Part shown: piece by piece, positions 1-13,077 of the stretch
How positions within the stretch are numbered: position 1 is the first letter of the stretch
Layout: the number at the start of each line of letters is the position of its first letter
Assembly (NCBI GenBank): GCA_009602725.1
Contig: WELB01000009.1
Coordinates: 156,374-220,373 of the forward strand
DNA: 64,000 nucleotides
Reading direction: 5' to 3'
Origin: Spirogloea muscicola
Lineage: Eukaryota
The notes under the pieces: generated by a model
What the model saw: the letters and a program-made list of their open reading frames with translations, nothing else
The model's database searches: none
Told to the model about the DNA's origin: nothing
Made by a program: the position numbers and the translations under genes

Positions 1-208
1 TTATGCTGCAGCTTGTTGATGACAGCAGCTACTGCTCCGTCAAACCAACAAGCCCACGTCTCTTGAAGTTGAATTTATTGTATATGAACATTGCTTGCTT
101 CAGTGCATATAGTCTCTGGCTTCTCTGTGCTTATAACAGTATGTAGGATGAAGAACTTTTAAATTGTATCACAGGCTTATGCTCAATCTGTTCACTTTGG
201 ACCTGCAG

Positions 209-3200
209 GTAGTGATTCATTGGCTGCGCACTGGTTCAGCAGATGCCGCGCAGCACCGCATGGCAGGTTGGTATCTCTCCGTCAGCCTTCGCTGATGCTT
301 CTCTTGATCATGATCAGGCACCCACAGATTGTTGGCCTCCATGCAAATGCAAGCATCCTCTGTTTGCGGCTGCAGGAGGCGTGTCCATTGCTGCAGGTTT
401 GCTGTTCGGCATCTGCTGCCAGTTCCTATTCCAGGCAAGGAGAATGACAAGGCCCTGTAAGACTATTTCCTTGGTTGTGGGTCATTCAGGCAACCCTTGC
501 TGTGGGACTAGCACTCCTTGACGTACACATTTTGTCTCCTTGTCTCAGCGAGCAACATAGCAATGTAGCATATGTCCCTGCAAAGCTCGCAAGTTGTAAC
601 TCCATGCATGTGTGCTTCACTTCTGCGGTTGCAACAATAGACCACAGCCCTTTCTTTCACAAAGTCAGAGTCAAGTCTATTAGCTGTAGCAGCGCAGATT
701 GTGCCACTGATAAAACACCGCGCTTGGCTTGTCTGCAGACGACAGCTCAAGCCAAAGCTGGCATGGGGTCCTTTCGACTCCGATTCAAGAATCTCTTCAA
801 GGATGAGGGTGTCAAGGAGGTTGCTTGACCCATATCACACTGATACAGCTTCCTGCTTGCCTCTAAGAAGAGCGCAGCTCTGTCATAATTTCGTCTTAGT
901 AGTTCTCCCCAGTCAGCAGTGATATGGTATCCCACTTATGTAGCAACTCAGGTCTGGAGGTTCTGACAGTCTTTGAATCGTCTGTGGATCTCATGGGTTT
1001 TGCAGGTCATGGATGTGATGATTCCTGCTTCTGTGGCCTCTGGGATGCTCCAGTTTGCAACATACACAGACCTCTACTTTGCTTCCTTCATCCCAGGCTC
1101 TGCAGCTGCATTGAATTGTGAGGGCAGCTAAAATCGTGCTTACCAGCATCAGCATGATCACTTCGATTGCAATCTGAGCATCCCCAGTCCATGCCTCTAT
1201 TTGTTTCTTGATACACAACAGTGGGGTTAATGTCGTGTGCAGTTACATTGCTGTAGCTTTAAAGAAGTACATTGCCCTTCATACTGCAGATGCAAACTTG
1301 TTGGTGATGGCTCCCTTGGGTGTGCTTTCCACGTCCCTCCTGGTTCCTATCCTCCCTGTCTTTGCCCGCCTTTCGGATGTGAGTTGACCACAAAAACATC
1401 CACTCACTAGTCAATGGTCCACTCTTACTCTGCTGAATGTGTAATGCAAGCACACCTGATATGTGGGTCGACAAGAACAATCACTCCACTTGTGTCACCA
1501 CTAAGTAGCAAGACTGCTTGGGAGAGCACCTCCAATTAGCAATGTGTAAATTAAGATCAACTTGGTTCATTCAGCAGTACTGCTTGTGCAGCCTTCCAGG
1601 TGGTCTGAGCTGAAGCAGAGGGTGCGGGAAGGCCTCGTCGTAGCAGCGGTATCAGCTTTCATAGGACCAAGAGCATAACTTGCAACATGTATTGGGCTTT
1701 TCTTGTGGTGGCCGGTTCTTTGTTGATCTTGTAAGCATGTAGCATCAAGCTGCACAATGACAAAAACTCAAGTTATCGCCATGCTTGTGGTCCTTGGGTT
1801 GCTGTGGACATAGTAACAGTAATGCAGGGCTGCTTCTTGATGTCAGGCAGTGACGTTGCCCCTGAGCGCCATCATGATTCCCTTGGCGAATCCCATTGTC
1901 CGGACCTTGCTGGAGCGAAGCACTTTCAATGCTGCCGCCTCATCCTCGGTGTCATCTCTTGTTATCTGCTGTCAGTGTGCCTCATTTTCCTTCAGGCAGC
2001 TTGATGTGACTTTTTGCATGCTCAAGATTGGCATCTAGGTGCTCACAGGTGCTGAGTACAACTTGGTGACTGGACTTTGATAGTTGTATGGCAGCTGGGT
2101 CTGTATGAATAGTGAATGCACATCTCCAGAAATAACAGCGCACAACGTTGTCGTGTTTGCTGCAGATGTCATAGGAGCAACATCATACTTGGCTAGAGAC
2201 GTGCTAGTCAGGGTCTTCTACGCACTTGGTGATGGCCAGCTGCCCTTCCGAGTCAGCATTCTGGCGGTCCTGGCGAACGCCTTTCTGGACTGGCTCCTCG
2301 TCCGCAAGCTTGGCTATGGAGCTCAGGGCCTGGTCTGTTGCCACATCCCCTGTCGTTGTGCTTTTTTGTGAAGGTTCTCATTTGGTGTGAATGATATACT
2401 AAAATACCCCTTGGTAGGCTACACTTCTGATATGTTCCTTGCATGGGGGGATAACATTTAGTGTTAATAATGAAGTGCTCTGCAGCTTATTGCAAAATAT
2501 CTATAAAAGCTAAACCCTTATTCTAGATCCTAGAGACTTTCTTCTAGAAGCTGCAGAGTGATGGTCTTTGCAAGATGTTTGGTTGTGATTTGACGAGTAC
2601 ACTTGGTCCGCGTAATCAGATTCTCGCTACACTGGCCTGCAACACTGGCTCGGCAGTGGCGTTCCTACTCATCCTCTCCAAACGCCTCGGTGGTGAGCCC
2701 CTGCAGAAGCAAAGCAGCCTCTATCTGCTGCACACTTGTTCATTAAGCTTGGCACCATTATTCTTCCTGGACTGTGCGCTTGCATTGCCAGCAACTCCAT
2801 CTCCTCTCTCCAGTCTATGGCCGTGGCTCAGAGTGTCATGCAATATCAAGCCTGTACATGTTGAAATCAAGAACAAGGTACACAGCGCCACCAAATAGAA
2901 TGTGATGAATCTAAAACGTGGGCACTAGGCACTTGACCATGTGAAGGCCACAACCCTGCCAGAGATGTGGCTCATCATTGAACACTCCTTGTCTATCATT
3001 GCTGCCCAGGGCTTGGCTTGAAGGACTGGGCTAAACCCTTCTTAACATTGCTAGCATTGGCCGTTCTCTCCTCCGTCATTGCATACCTCGCCTTCCCTCC
3101 CTGCTTCCAGCTGCTCCGATTACTAGCATTGCGAGTGGCACTTGGCACACTCTCCCCCAGGTATGCATGCTGGACGGTACATATTCGACATGCAATGGTT

Positions 3201-3579
3201 GTTGTAGGCTTCGTCATTCGCTTCCCACTGTGTCTTAGCTGCAATATTGGAGCCTGTGGGCTGCTTCGGGTTGCTTATGTTGCACATGCCCAACCTTGAA
3301 CGATAAGATATTTCATGCTTGAACAGATCAGCATGTTGGGGATTGAAGCTTTGCGTCTTTGCGGTTGTTTCAGACTACTGTCTGCTAAGTCTGACTAGAC
3401 ACACTCACTGTTCACTTTATGTTGTGTGCAGGCTTTACTGGATGGTGGAGGGTTGTGCAGTAGGAGTAGTGTCTCTTATCTCCCTTGTCTCGTTTTTCGG
3501 GGCCCTCTACTACATCCAGCTGCCGGAGCTTGAGAATGCAATCAATGTGAAAGTTGCACATACCAGAAGAAAGTCTTAA
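209..3579 (+). CDS. murJ: Lipid II flippase MurJ/MviN (plastid peptidoglycan pathway), spliced, 5' part outside window
   Basis: Exons read GGVSIAAGLLFGICCQFLFQ / TTAQAKAGMGSFRLRFKNLFKDEGVKE / VMDVMIPASVASGMLQFATYTDLYFASFIPG / ANLLVMAPLGVLS / IVRTLLERSTF / YLARDVLVRVFYALGDGQLPFRVS, typical of cyanobacterial-type MurJ; stop TAA at 3577-3579. Confidence 0.9.
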
Positions 3580-4106
3580 CGACTTGGCCAGTGAATGGCC
3601 CGTGAAGATCCAGTGACAGTCTATATGTCAACTGATTGATACTTGATTCTCCTTTTGCTTGATTTCAAGCCCAAGACTTGAAATCTTGGGTTTTCTGGCC
3701 TGCTTAACGGGGAAGGACCTGCACTGGATTTGTCAATTGTAACTCATTGCCCTATGCCGATCAAAGAAGAGTGCACACATACTCTGGCTTGTTTCTCCTA
3801 TTTGTGAAGCATTGTTCTCCGATCTGTAGTTTTGACTCTTGAACCTGCTATTGTTGCTATATTTGGTCGCACATCACATGACAGGATCCAGAACAGCCCT
3901 ATCACAGAGCAAGCAAAGCAGCGAGGCGAGTGACCGACGGGCTCTTTGGTCTGCAGTCTGTACAGACAATCAAGAGTCCAAGCAAATGATTTAGGCACTG
4001 TCTCTCATGGAAGTTTGCATTGGCTGCTTCAGATAAGAGCCGGACCTTAATGGTGACAAGTCAGGTCAAAAGATTAAGAAGGATGTGTTCGAGTCTAAGG
4101 TCCTCC

Positions 4107-7100
4107 TTAGAAGCGCCGCTTGTCATAGAAAACAAGGCCGTGTATGCCACCTTCCATCTGAGCGGCACCAGTTCTCACCTGGTGACACAAGCAGCAGCCT
4201 GCCAATCAGCATGAAGTGCGCGTGGAGCTCCAAGTATGAGAAAAACCACTGCCTCAGCAAAGCTTCAGGTGTCACAGCCATTGTCTGCTTCTATGAAGTA
4301 AAGAACCTGTAAGCATGAGACTGCAGGCAACCTCTACACGAGGATGCCAGATTATTCACCTCGAGGCGAATGTCTCCTGCGTCCAATGCAGCCCTGGCAG
4401 CAGGCAAGTCCCGGACACCCAAGTCTTGAAACCCCTGTGCTTGCAGAAAGTTGACAAGCAAGCTCAGGGAGCTGAAAATGCGACGATGCAGAGCCACAGT
4501 GTACTCTGAACTTGAGAAGGATGTGGGCTTGTCCCTGTTAAGCAGCTCAGGATAAGATCTTGATTCTAGCAGAAGTCTCCTGAAGCGCTAGGTGACAGTG
4601 AGGACCTGCTTGACAGCTTGCATTGTGTACGGCACGAGGCAAAAGACGGAGCCCTTGTCAGCAACTGCGCCCGCGACTCCCTGCGCCACCTTGAGCTTGG
4701 ACTGGTCACCAAGGTATCGCGCGTCACTGCCCTTCTCTTGTGCCTCCAGCGACCCCATGCCCCGAAACCTCTTCAAGCGCTGCCCGTCCTGTTGAGGCAG
4801 CAGAGGCAGCGAGGAGGAAACCTTGAGTGTAATATAGATGAGAATTTCCCCAATACCAGTGCACGATTGGTTCTAAAGTGATCATTGAGTCGCAATGTCT
4901 GCTATGTAAAATCTTGACACCGGCCATGGATATACAAACACACCAATAATCAGAGTGGCACCAACAGCAGGCCGTATACTTGTAGGACAAATAATCCTCA
5001 TGGACATGCAAGTGTAGTGCCTGAAGGTCTCAGCCTATGATTGTTCTGTCATCTTTGCAAAGAAGAGGACGCTGTGCCACCCTTCCAATCATGCAGTCGA
5101 CTAGAGCCAGAAAATGTAGTCATTTGATGACTTCCAAAGTGAGGGAGACCTGCAACAACATTGTTGCATACCTTTGTGAAGTACTGCCCCGGGGTTTCGG
5201 ACGTGCCTGCCAAGAAGCTCCCGCACATGACACAAGATGCGCCCAGCGCAAGCGCCTTGACAATGTGGCCCGAGTTGGCGATGCCACCGTCAGCGATGAT
5301 CGGGACGTCCATGGCTGCCGCAACCTGGGCAGTGCTGTAGACTGCTGTTGCCTGCAGGTGGCAGAGGGCATGGTCAGCTATTACATACTACCATGCCATG
5401 CAACCATGCAATAGTCATAGTGCTAAAGTTGACGACTAAAAAGTCATGAAAAACCGAATATGATGAGAAAACTTGCACTTAATAGGATACGCAGTCAAGG
5501 CTTCAGGCACTGCGTTTTGGCAATTGTAGGGGCAAAGACATGAAGCCCACCTGGCCTCTGCCCACAGCGCAGACCTCCTGCGTGGTGCAAATGGACCCAG
5601 AGCCCATGCCGACACGCAGGCCGTCGGCGCCCGCCTCAATCAAGTGCCGAGCCTGTCGAGCCGTTACGACGTTGCCAGCAATGACTTCCAGCTCCATGGG
5701 CTGCGTTCGCTTGATGTGTGCCAACATCTCCATCTGGTATGTTGAGTGCCCCTGGGAGGAGTCCAGGATGACTGCCCAAGCAAGATGCGAGGAGGCAGCA
5801 GCTGTCAGCCACTGAACACCTTATACACCCTGACATTCATTCCTATCTGAGTGGCCCCAAAGCCCAAGGTCCTGGCTGGAGCTTTAGTACACCAACATAG
5901 GCAAGATATGATTGACAAGATGCTATATTGTCATTTCAGGTAGTCAACAACGATGGACAGATATAGCTGTTGAAGAGAAGCTAGCGCACGCAGCAAGAGC
6001 AGCACATGAGGAAGGAAAGTCTCAGTGAGCTCTTAAACTGTGCATCCAATATGAGGCCATTCTACGCCCAAGGGCGGCCTCACCTGCATTGACGCCTGCT
6101 TTGACAAGAAGCTCCAGTCTGACTTTGTCTGCCTCCCTGCCAAGCGACGAGGTTGAGCTGTCATTAGCACATGTCACACAACTCCCACTTACACACTTTG
6201 TGGCAGCTTGTTATAGCAGCTCTGGCAGCACCCCTAGCTTGTTTTCAATGAATCTCCTCCGTCCATTGGTGTAATTGACGCACTTTGAGTGGACGATCAG
6301 GCAGAATATTGGCCACAACCAATACTAAGCTTCACATGACGATAAGTCGAGGCTGCTGAACCTCACCTGGTGCCGATGGCGGCACCCACAAGCACCCGGC
6401 CATCTACTCCCATCGAGGGCGGCCCGAGTGGAGGGAACCTGCAGACTCTTTTCAAAGCCGACCGACATGCTAAGCCTGCATACAGAACGCCGCAGTGGAC
6501 ACTGACATAAGTTCGTACTATGACATGATGCAAGACTGGTGCCAAGTGTTTTCATGGAGGTCCCCAACACATAAGCGCACCACAACAGCACCAAAGGGCT
6601 GTGATATATCACATGCCGGTGAGCTCCAATGTGTCATTGACCAGTGGCAGTATGCTCTTCTTGCAGGCCCGCAGGGCGAGGACGGCCTGATCCCGCGTGC
6701 ATGTCTCAGGGGCGGTGACGACGTCCACAGTCATCACGTCGCGCAGCGGGCGCGTCAGGTCTTCGTCAAAGTCGACATCGCTGCCAGTCACGACACCTGG
6801 CGATGCTCTGCGGCAGACATGGTCAGCACTATGGCTCCTGTGCCGACTGGACGAGCAAACCCACAAGCGCTACCTCTACACGTGCCATACATGGTGGAGG
6901 TCAGCCCCTGTATAGAAATCTCAAATTTGCAATGGTTCATAGACCAAGAAGGGTCTGCACCAATCCAGGTCTACGTTCTGGGCACTGTCTGACCCACAGT
7001 CTGAAACCCACCGAGAAGCCTGCTGCCCATGCAGCCGTCCTGTGTGATGCACGCGCTCACGCTTCCGGAGCTCTCCCGTAGCCTCAGCACGTCCTGGTTT

Positions 7101-8037
7101 CAAGGCCCGACAGGGAGGGACCCCTGCCCAGGTGATGAGAGCGTGTCGAGACTGAGGACAGAGGCGCAATTGTGCTGCAATGGGACCTCCAGAAGGCCCG
7201 TAGACGTCGACAATCTTGACGGCTTAGGAATTAGCCGCTTGAGGCCAGGGCGTGGTTACCATGACCGTATGGTCCGGCGTGAAGCAGACGGGGTCCTCGA
7301 CGAAGCCCGCGGTCAGTGTCTTGGCCTTGGCGACCTGCCGCAGCATGCCACGACCAGCACGTGTCACAAGCAGGCTGTGTTGGCATCGATCTCGAAGAGC
7401 CCTCTGACCAACGCAAGCGCCTGAGGCCGGCAGTTCCAGTCGAAGACTGCAACTCTGCAAGCCAACGTGAGCCATCATTGGCAGCTGCGGCGTGGCGAGG
7501 ACCGCCATCTGTGTGAGTGCTGCCCTCACTTGCAGGAGGCCCACCTGAGCAGCCTGCTCCTCGGGCTTGTTGTTGTAGTGGATGAAGCCCATGCCGCCGA
7601 CGGCCGCCATGGCGGACGCCATGCCGGCTTCCGTGACTGCAGCCCACAACCACCAAACTGCTCAGAACGTCAAGCCCATAAGTCCGTACTGTCACCACAG
7701 TGACCAACTTCACCACCGAAGCTCTATCTAAGGTGGGCAATCGTGCTGGCTTGCTCAGGTTTCTAGGGGGTGGCCTCGTGCTTGTGCTGTCCTCAGCACT
7801 AGGCCGGAGAGCCCTCGCCGGCATGCAAGCGCCATGAAGGCCATATGGGCGCCCACTGATGGGCTTCACGGGACTGAAGCTGGCCAAGGCCGTTGCAGTT
7901 GCACGTCTCTCGCAATATGAAGTCCTGATTAGATGGCGAAAGGGGGCGGGAGGGGTCGCGACCTGTGTCCATGGGGCTGCTGACGACCGGCGTGCGCAGG
8001 CGGATGCGGCGCGTCACCCGCCCCGTCAGGTCCACTG

Positions 8038-8072
<35 letters not shown>

Positions 8073-8313
8073 CGCCGTTAGTTCCGAACGTCAATGCCGC
8101 TACAGTCATAGCGTGGCAAGCCGCCTCGCCTCGCCGTCGGCCGCCGCCGCCGCCGCCGCCGCCGTTGCCGTTACCTTGGTCGGCGCCGAAGTCGATGAAG
8201 CTGGGGTGGAAGATGCAGTCGTCGTAGGTGTACGACCAGCCCCGGCCGAAGAGCGCCGCGGCGGCGAGCCCATTGGCGCCTGCCCCGCGCCCGCAGCCGC
8301 AGGCGGCCGCCAT
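4107..8313 (-). CDS. IMPDH: Inosine-5'-monophosphate dehydrogenase, spliced
   Basis: Motifs [37 protein letters not shown] region, [34 protein letters not shown] (catalytic Cys loop), [25 protein letters not shown], last exon [23 protein letters not shown]. Confidence 0.97.
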
Positions 8314-8454
8314 GGCGGGCGCGCCAGAGGGCGAGCTCCTGGGTGGGGAGTCGAGCGCAGCCAGGGGTTGGGGGGTCGACTAAACCCTGGGGTTTAAGCA
8401 GGTGTGTTATGCGCCTGCCAGTGTCGCTGCAGTCAATGACCCACTAGAAGGAAA

Positions 8455-8780
8455 GAAGAAAGTGCTCGCCCATTGAGGATAGGGGCTGGAAAAGCCAGCC
8501 CAAAATGAGAACGAACAAAGAACGTGAAGGGGGCCAGGGGAAGCGCTAAGAAATACAAGCACAAGAAGAAACAAAGCAGCTACGAAGGAGCCAGCTCTTC
8601 CAAGATTGAGGCAATGGCTGTGAGAGGCCAGCCCAAACGGGATGGACACGGCACATCCGTTGCATCTGCGGTGCCGGTCGCGCTTTGGCTGCAGCCTCTG
8701 GCCACAGACAGGACAGAAAGAAAGACAGACAGACAGACAGGGGATTGCCATTGCCTTACATTGAAGAAGCTGTTTCTTCA
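8455..8780. repeat. Cluster of modular hairpin repeats upstream of IMPDH
   Basis: GTGCTCGCCCATTGAGGATAGGGGCTGGAAAAGCCAGCCCAAAA and GGCTGTGAGAGGCCAGCCCAAA; 8660-8715 also resembles 44295-44345. Confidence 0.85.
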
Positions 8781-9429
8781 TTTTGCGCGCCTGACAGGAG
8801 AAGCGTATTCCCGCTGCCCTTGATGCCCTTGAAGTCAAGAGTCTGCCCTGATTTGACTCCAGGAACAGGCTCAGTCAACGATGACGAATATTGGTCCACC
8901 TTTCAGGACTCTGCAACGTGAGCAGAATGTGAATAACGCCGCGTGACATCGCTCTTGACATAGCTGCAACCTTTCAGTGGCACTTGGCCCACATTCTCGA
9001 AGTGGGACAAATTTGAACGATGGTGAATGCTAATTGAGCAATCAGCGACCCATATGAACATGATAGCCTCACGAGCCACGCAGTAGCAGGAGCGCCAGAG
9101 CGCACCCAAGCTCGCAACTTCACACTGCAAGGCGAGCTGGTTGCTGATCATCACAGGACAAGCAGGCCAAGCTCATGCTGCGGCCTGGTGGCCAGGAGGG
9201 ACCTCGCGGTTGCCGCTCGCAACAACGACCTGCAGCATGGTGACAAAATGATTCTGGGGGGGGGGGGGAGAGGCCGCGGGTGCGGCACGGGGAGGAAGAG
9301 GAGGGTTGGGCAGTGGTTTGTGTTATGGTGTCTTTGGGGGCGGCTCATGGAGGACCGAGCAAGTATATGTTCAGAAGACTTGCAGGTTTAAGGCAGAAGG
9401 TGAGTGCGGCAGCGCTGCCGCACTCAAGA

Positions 9430-12282
9430 CTATTCGCGAGGTCGGGCCGACCACAACGAGCTGAGCGCACGCAGCCTGGCAAAGTAGTCCCCCATAGCAA
9501 GCAGGCCCCGGGCGGCCTGCCGCGTGGTGAGGATGCGGTGCATCTGCTGTAATGTCTCGTGCCTCAAGCTGTCCGCCTGGCAAGCAAGCCCAGCACGATG
9601 TAGCAGTGGGTCAATGTCCACACAAGGTTACACAATGTAGGCTGGAGGAGAGCTTGCATATGGACTTGCAGCAGCAAAAACTTTATATGGCCATGCACAT
9701 GCACATGCAAATGCTTCTAAGGAGCTCTTCAATGATGATATAGCTGCTTAAAAACTTCTCATTGTATATGGTGGCGGTCAGCATGCAGCTCAGAAGCACA
9801 TAGGTTGCCCTCTGTAGCTTATTATACCTGCCTCACGAACGACTCCAAAGTCCCAAGCTTGCCCATCGCCATGGCCATCTGCCCCATGTAATTGGCGACG
9901 TTCGAGGACGCCCCCAGGGAGCCTGCCGACAATGTGTCTGCCAGGGACTGCTGCAGCGCTTCCATCCCCTGTATGTGCAGTGGAGCAGCTGTCGTATTTG
10001 TCAAGGAGGTCCTTGATGGTTCAAAGATGCAGGTGTTTGTAGCTTGAAGTCCTGAATATAAATTGGAAAAGGATAGCTGTTGAATGCCATGTGAGTAACA
10101 AGCTCACCTGAGTCAGCGCATCCTCCGCCTGCTGCGAGGACTGCTGCAAATTGCATATCCCGTGCAGCTGTTGCTCATTAAGCGGCTCAATTTGTGGGAT
10201 GAGTATCTGCAGTTCAGAATTTGCAATACCTCTTAGTGAGTGCTTGCAGCCGGTGCTTACCCACTCATTTTCCCTACCCAGGATCAAGATGCTCTTCTGG
10301 TCCCAGGCAGGAAGGACAAGTAGCTCGCATTTAAGAATGTAGTTTGTCTACACAAAGTTCACTGAGCATAGGTTCTCCTAAAGTTCCTCCTCACGCTGCT
10401 GCACAAGTAGAGCTGCTTTGGCAACTGGAGTGGAGTGAGAAACACTAGCCCGTGGGTTTAAGCAGGGGGGTGCCGTACCTTGAGCAGCTCTGACGGGCGA
10501 AAACCGCCCATCCACATGAAGCAGCGCTCGGCGGGCGTCTTCCACATGCCTGATACAAGATGGAAGACGTCCGCCTTGGCAGCTGCCGCCTTGAGCTTAA
10601 ATAGCTCCTCGTACTGCGCCATCACGCCATCCACGAGCACTCGCAGCTCTGCATCGCCCAACCGCGACTGCAGCGCCGCACGCAGGTCGCACATCTGCCG
10701 GTGGTGTTCCTCCACCCACCGTGCATACTCCACGTCAAAAGCTGCGGCTCCTGGCGAATTGGAAGCGATAGGCAGCGTCAGATTGGCCGTCCCGGCGGGC
10801 GTCGCTGACCAACAGAAGCACTATTTGCGGGCTAAGAGACAAGTGCTGCAAGTAAAGCTTGGCTGCAAGCTTGGCAACAACCTACGAGCCGGTGAATTGT
10901 CCGCTAAGTGTCTGGAAGCAACAGGAGCCACAATGCTCTGCGCCACAGTGATCGAGGCCACAGACCGGAGCAGTGCAACATGCTGCCGTGGCGCAATGCA
11001 GGGCGTACCAGGGTTCAGGTTGGCATTGGCATTGGGCCCCAGAACAGCGCCGGCCTGCCCGGCAGCCGCATCGCCTGTCCGTGTCCCAATCTGGCGCTCA
11101 ACGGCCGCCGACAGTCGGAGTCAATGTGCAGCGGCCGTGCAGTGGCAGCACCGAAGCAGTGCAGGTGTTTATAACGAAGCTCAGACTGACGCACCGACAG
11201 GAGTGGTACCAAGGACCGCAATGCCGAATGGCAACCTCGGACGGGGGCCCCGAGGTGAGGCAAGGCGAGCCAAGGCGGCTCACCTGCTGCCGGGCACGCT
11301 GCAGCTCCTGCTCAAGCTGCTGCAGCCGGACGCGGCTTGTCTCGAGCTGCTGCACGTACGCCTGCAGGAATCGGAAGAGTTACCAAAAGACGTCAGCATC
11401 GTTCCATGGACTCGCGTACCTTTGCTGGCCGTAGGCGCAGTCTGCAGCGAGCTGCTCCAAGTGGCGAGCTGCCAGGGCGGGGTGGGGCGAACACCTTCTT
11501 GCGCAGGCGGCTCTTGCGTGCAGCCTCGCGGTTCTGCGCCAGCCGCCGCAGGGCCTGCAGCAGCAGGCCAGGGGCACAGAGGAGGTGGACATGACAGGCC
11601 GCCGCTATAGACAAGGGCTTAACACTCCGGTAGGACTGGTAGGAGGCACAGTGAGCGAGTAGCAAGCGAGCGCAGTCACACACGCGCTTGTAGCCAGCAG
11701 CGCGCGGCGACGCCGGTGGCACATTTGGGGCGCTCACCTGCGGCTGGCTGCCCTTGGAGTCGCCGTTCTTCTGCTCGTGGTCGGAGCTCGTGCCGCCCGT
11801 CTGGCCATCATCGAGCTGCGGCGCGCGGGAGACAGGCGCAGACCTCGTCACAGGCCGGCCGCGAGCGACGAGCCGGGCGAGCGGGCTCCGCGGCAGGGCA
11901 GCCGAGCGCGGACGGCACAGTGCATCCAGCGAGCAGCAGGAGAAGCACGGCTGGGCTGTCGCGCCGCTGCCACGCCCAGCCATGGCTGGCAGCGGCCACC
12001 TCGGCTGCGGGCGACGTTGCCGCCATCATGGCGGAGCCTATTGAGATGGCATGCTCGCCATTGGCTGCCCAGGCTCACCCGCGGGTCGCCGTCGCGGTCG
12101 GTGGACATGGACGCGTCATCGCCGCGCGGGTCGCTCATGCCCTCCGCGCCGCTGCCGCCAGCGCCCGGCCCGGCGGCGGCAGCGGCGGGGCGCGGCCGCT
12201 TGGCCGTGGCGCGCCGGGCCTCGGCGTCGCCTAGGAGCATGTCAGGCCTTCACACGGCCGCCCCCAACGGCGCGTCATCTGA
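9430..12282 (-). CDS. TGA: TGA-family (group D) bZIP transcription factor with DOG1 domain; 5' end probably in gap 12283-12554
   Basis: LRRLAQNREAARKSRLRKK / AYVQQLETSRVRLQQLEQELQRARQQ (bZIP); FDVEYARWVEEHHRQ..ADVFHLVSGMWKTPAERCFMWMGGFRPSELLK (DOG1); C-terminus RLRALSSLWSARPRE*. Confidence 0.96.
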
Positions 12283-13077
12283 NNNNNNNNNNNNNNNNNN
12301 NNNNNNNNNNNNNNNNNNNNNNNNNNNNNNNNNNNNNNNNNNNNNNNNNNNNNNNNNNNNNNNNNNNNNNNNNNNNNNNNNNNNNNNNNNNNNNNNNNNN
12401 NNNNNNNNNNNNNNNNNNNNNNNNNNNNNNNNNNNNNNNNNNNNNNNNNNNNNNNNNNNNNNNNNNNNNNNNNNNNNNNNNNNNNNNNNNNNNNNNNNNN
12501 NNNNNNNNNNNNNNNNNNNNNNNNNNNNNNNNNNNNNNNNNNNNNNNNNNNNNNCGGCGGCGGAGGCGCCGGCGGCCTCGGCGGCGGCGACGGCGGTCCG
12601 GCGCGGCCAAGGCTGGAGGGGTGTGGGGGTGGGCTAAAGCTAGGGCTAGTAAATTGTGATGGGGGCGGGAAACCCTGTACAAATCTGAAAACTGCCAGAT
12701 TTCTTGGCGGGAAACGCTGCACAAATCCGCAAATTTCTAGATTTCTTGGGTGGCCGATCAGCCCGCGCCGGGTTAAGATTCGAATTGCAGAGAGCGCGGA
12801 TCGACTCCCAGTTCCAGCCCCCCGGATTATTAGGAGACGGCTGCTCCCCCGTGCGGGCCCGGGCGGCAGCCCACGAGCGGCCGGGGAGGCCCCGCCGGCC
12901 CGCCACGTGGCGGCCGCAGGCGCGGCCCTGTGCCTGCATTCACCTACGGATTCGATGCCGGGCCTCCCGGGCGCCTTGCTCCCCAATGGCGTTGACCCCC
13001 GGGGCCATAAGCGACGGGTCGATTATACGCACTCCCGACTCTCCCGCTTCTACCCAGCTGTCCAGCCATCTCTCTCG

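Noticed and set aside
10480..11610. 376-aa plus-strand ORF
   Set aside because: GC-rich antisense shadow of the TGA exons and introns; no recognisable domain.
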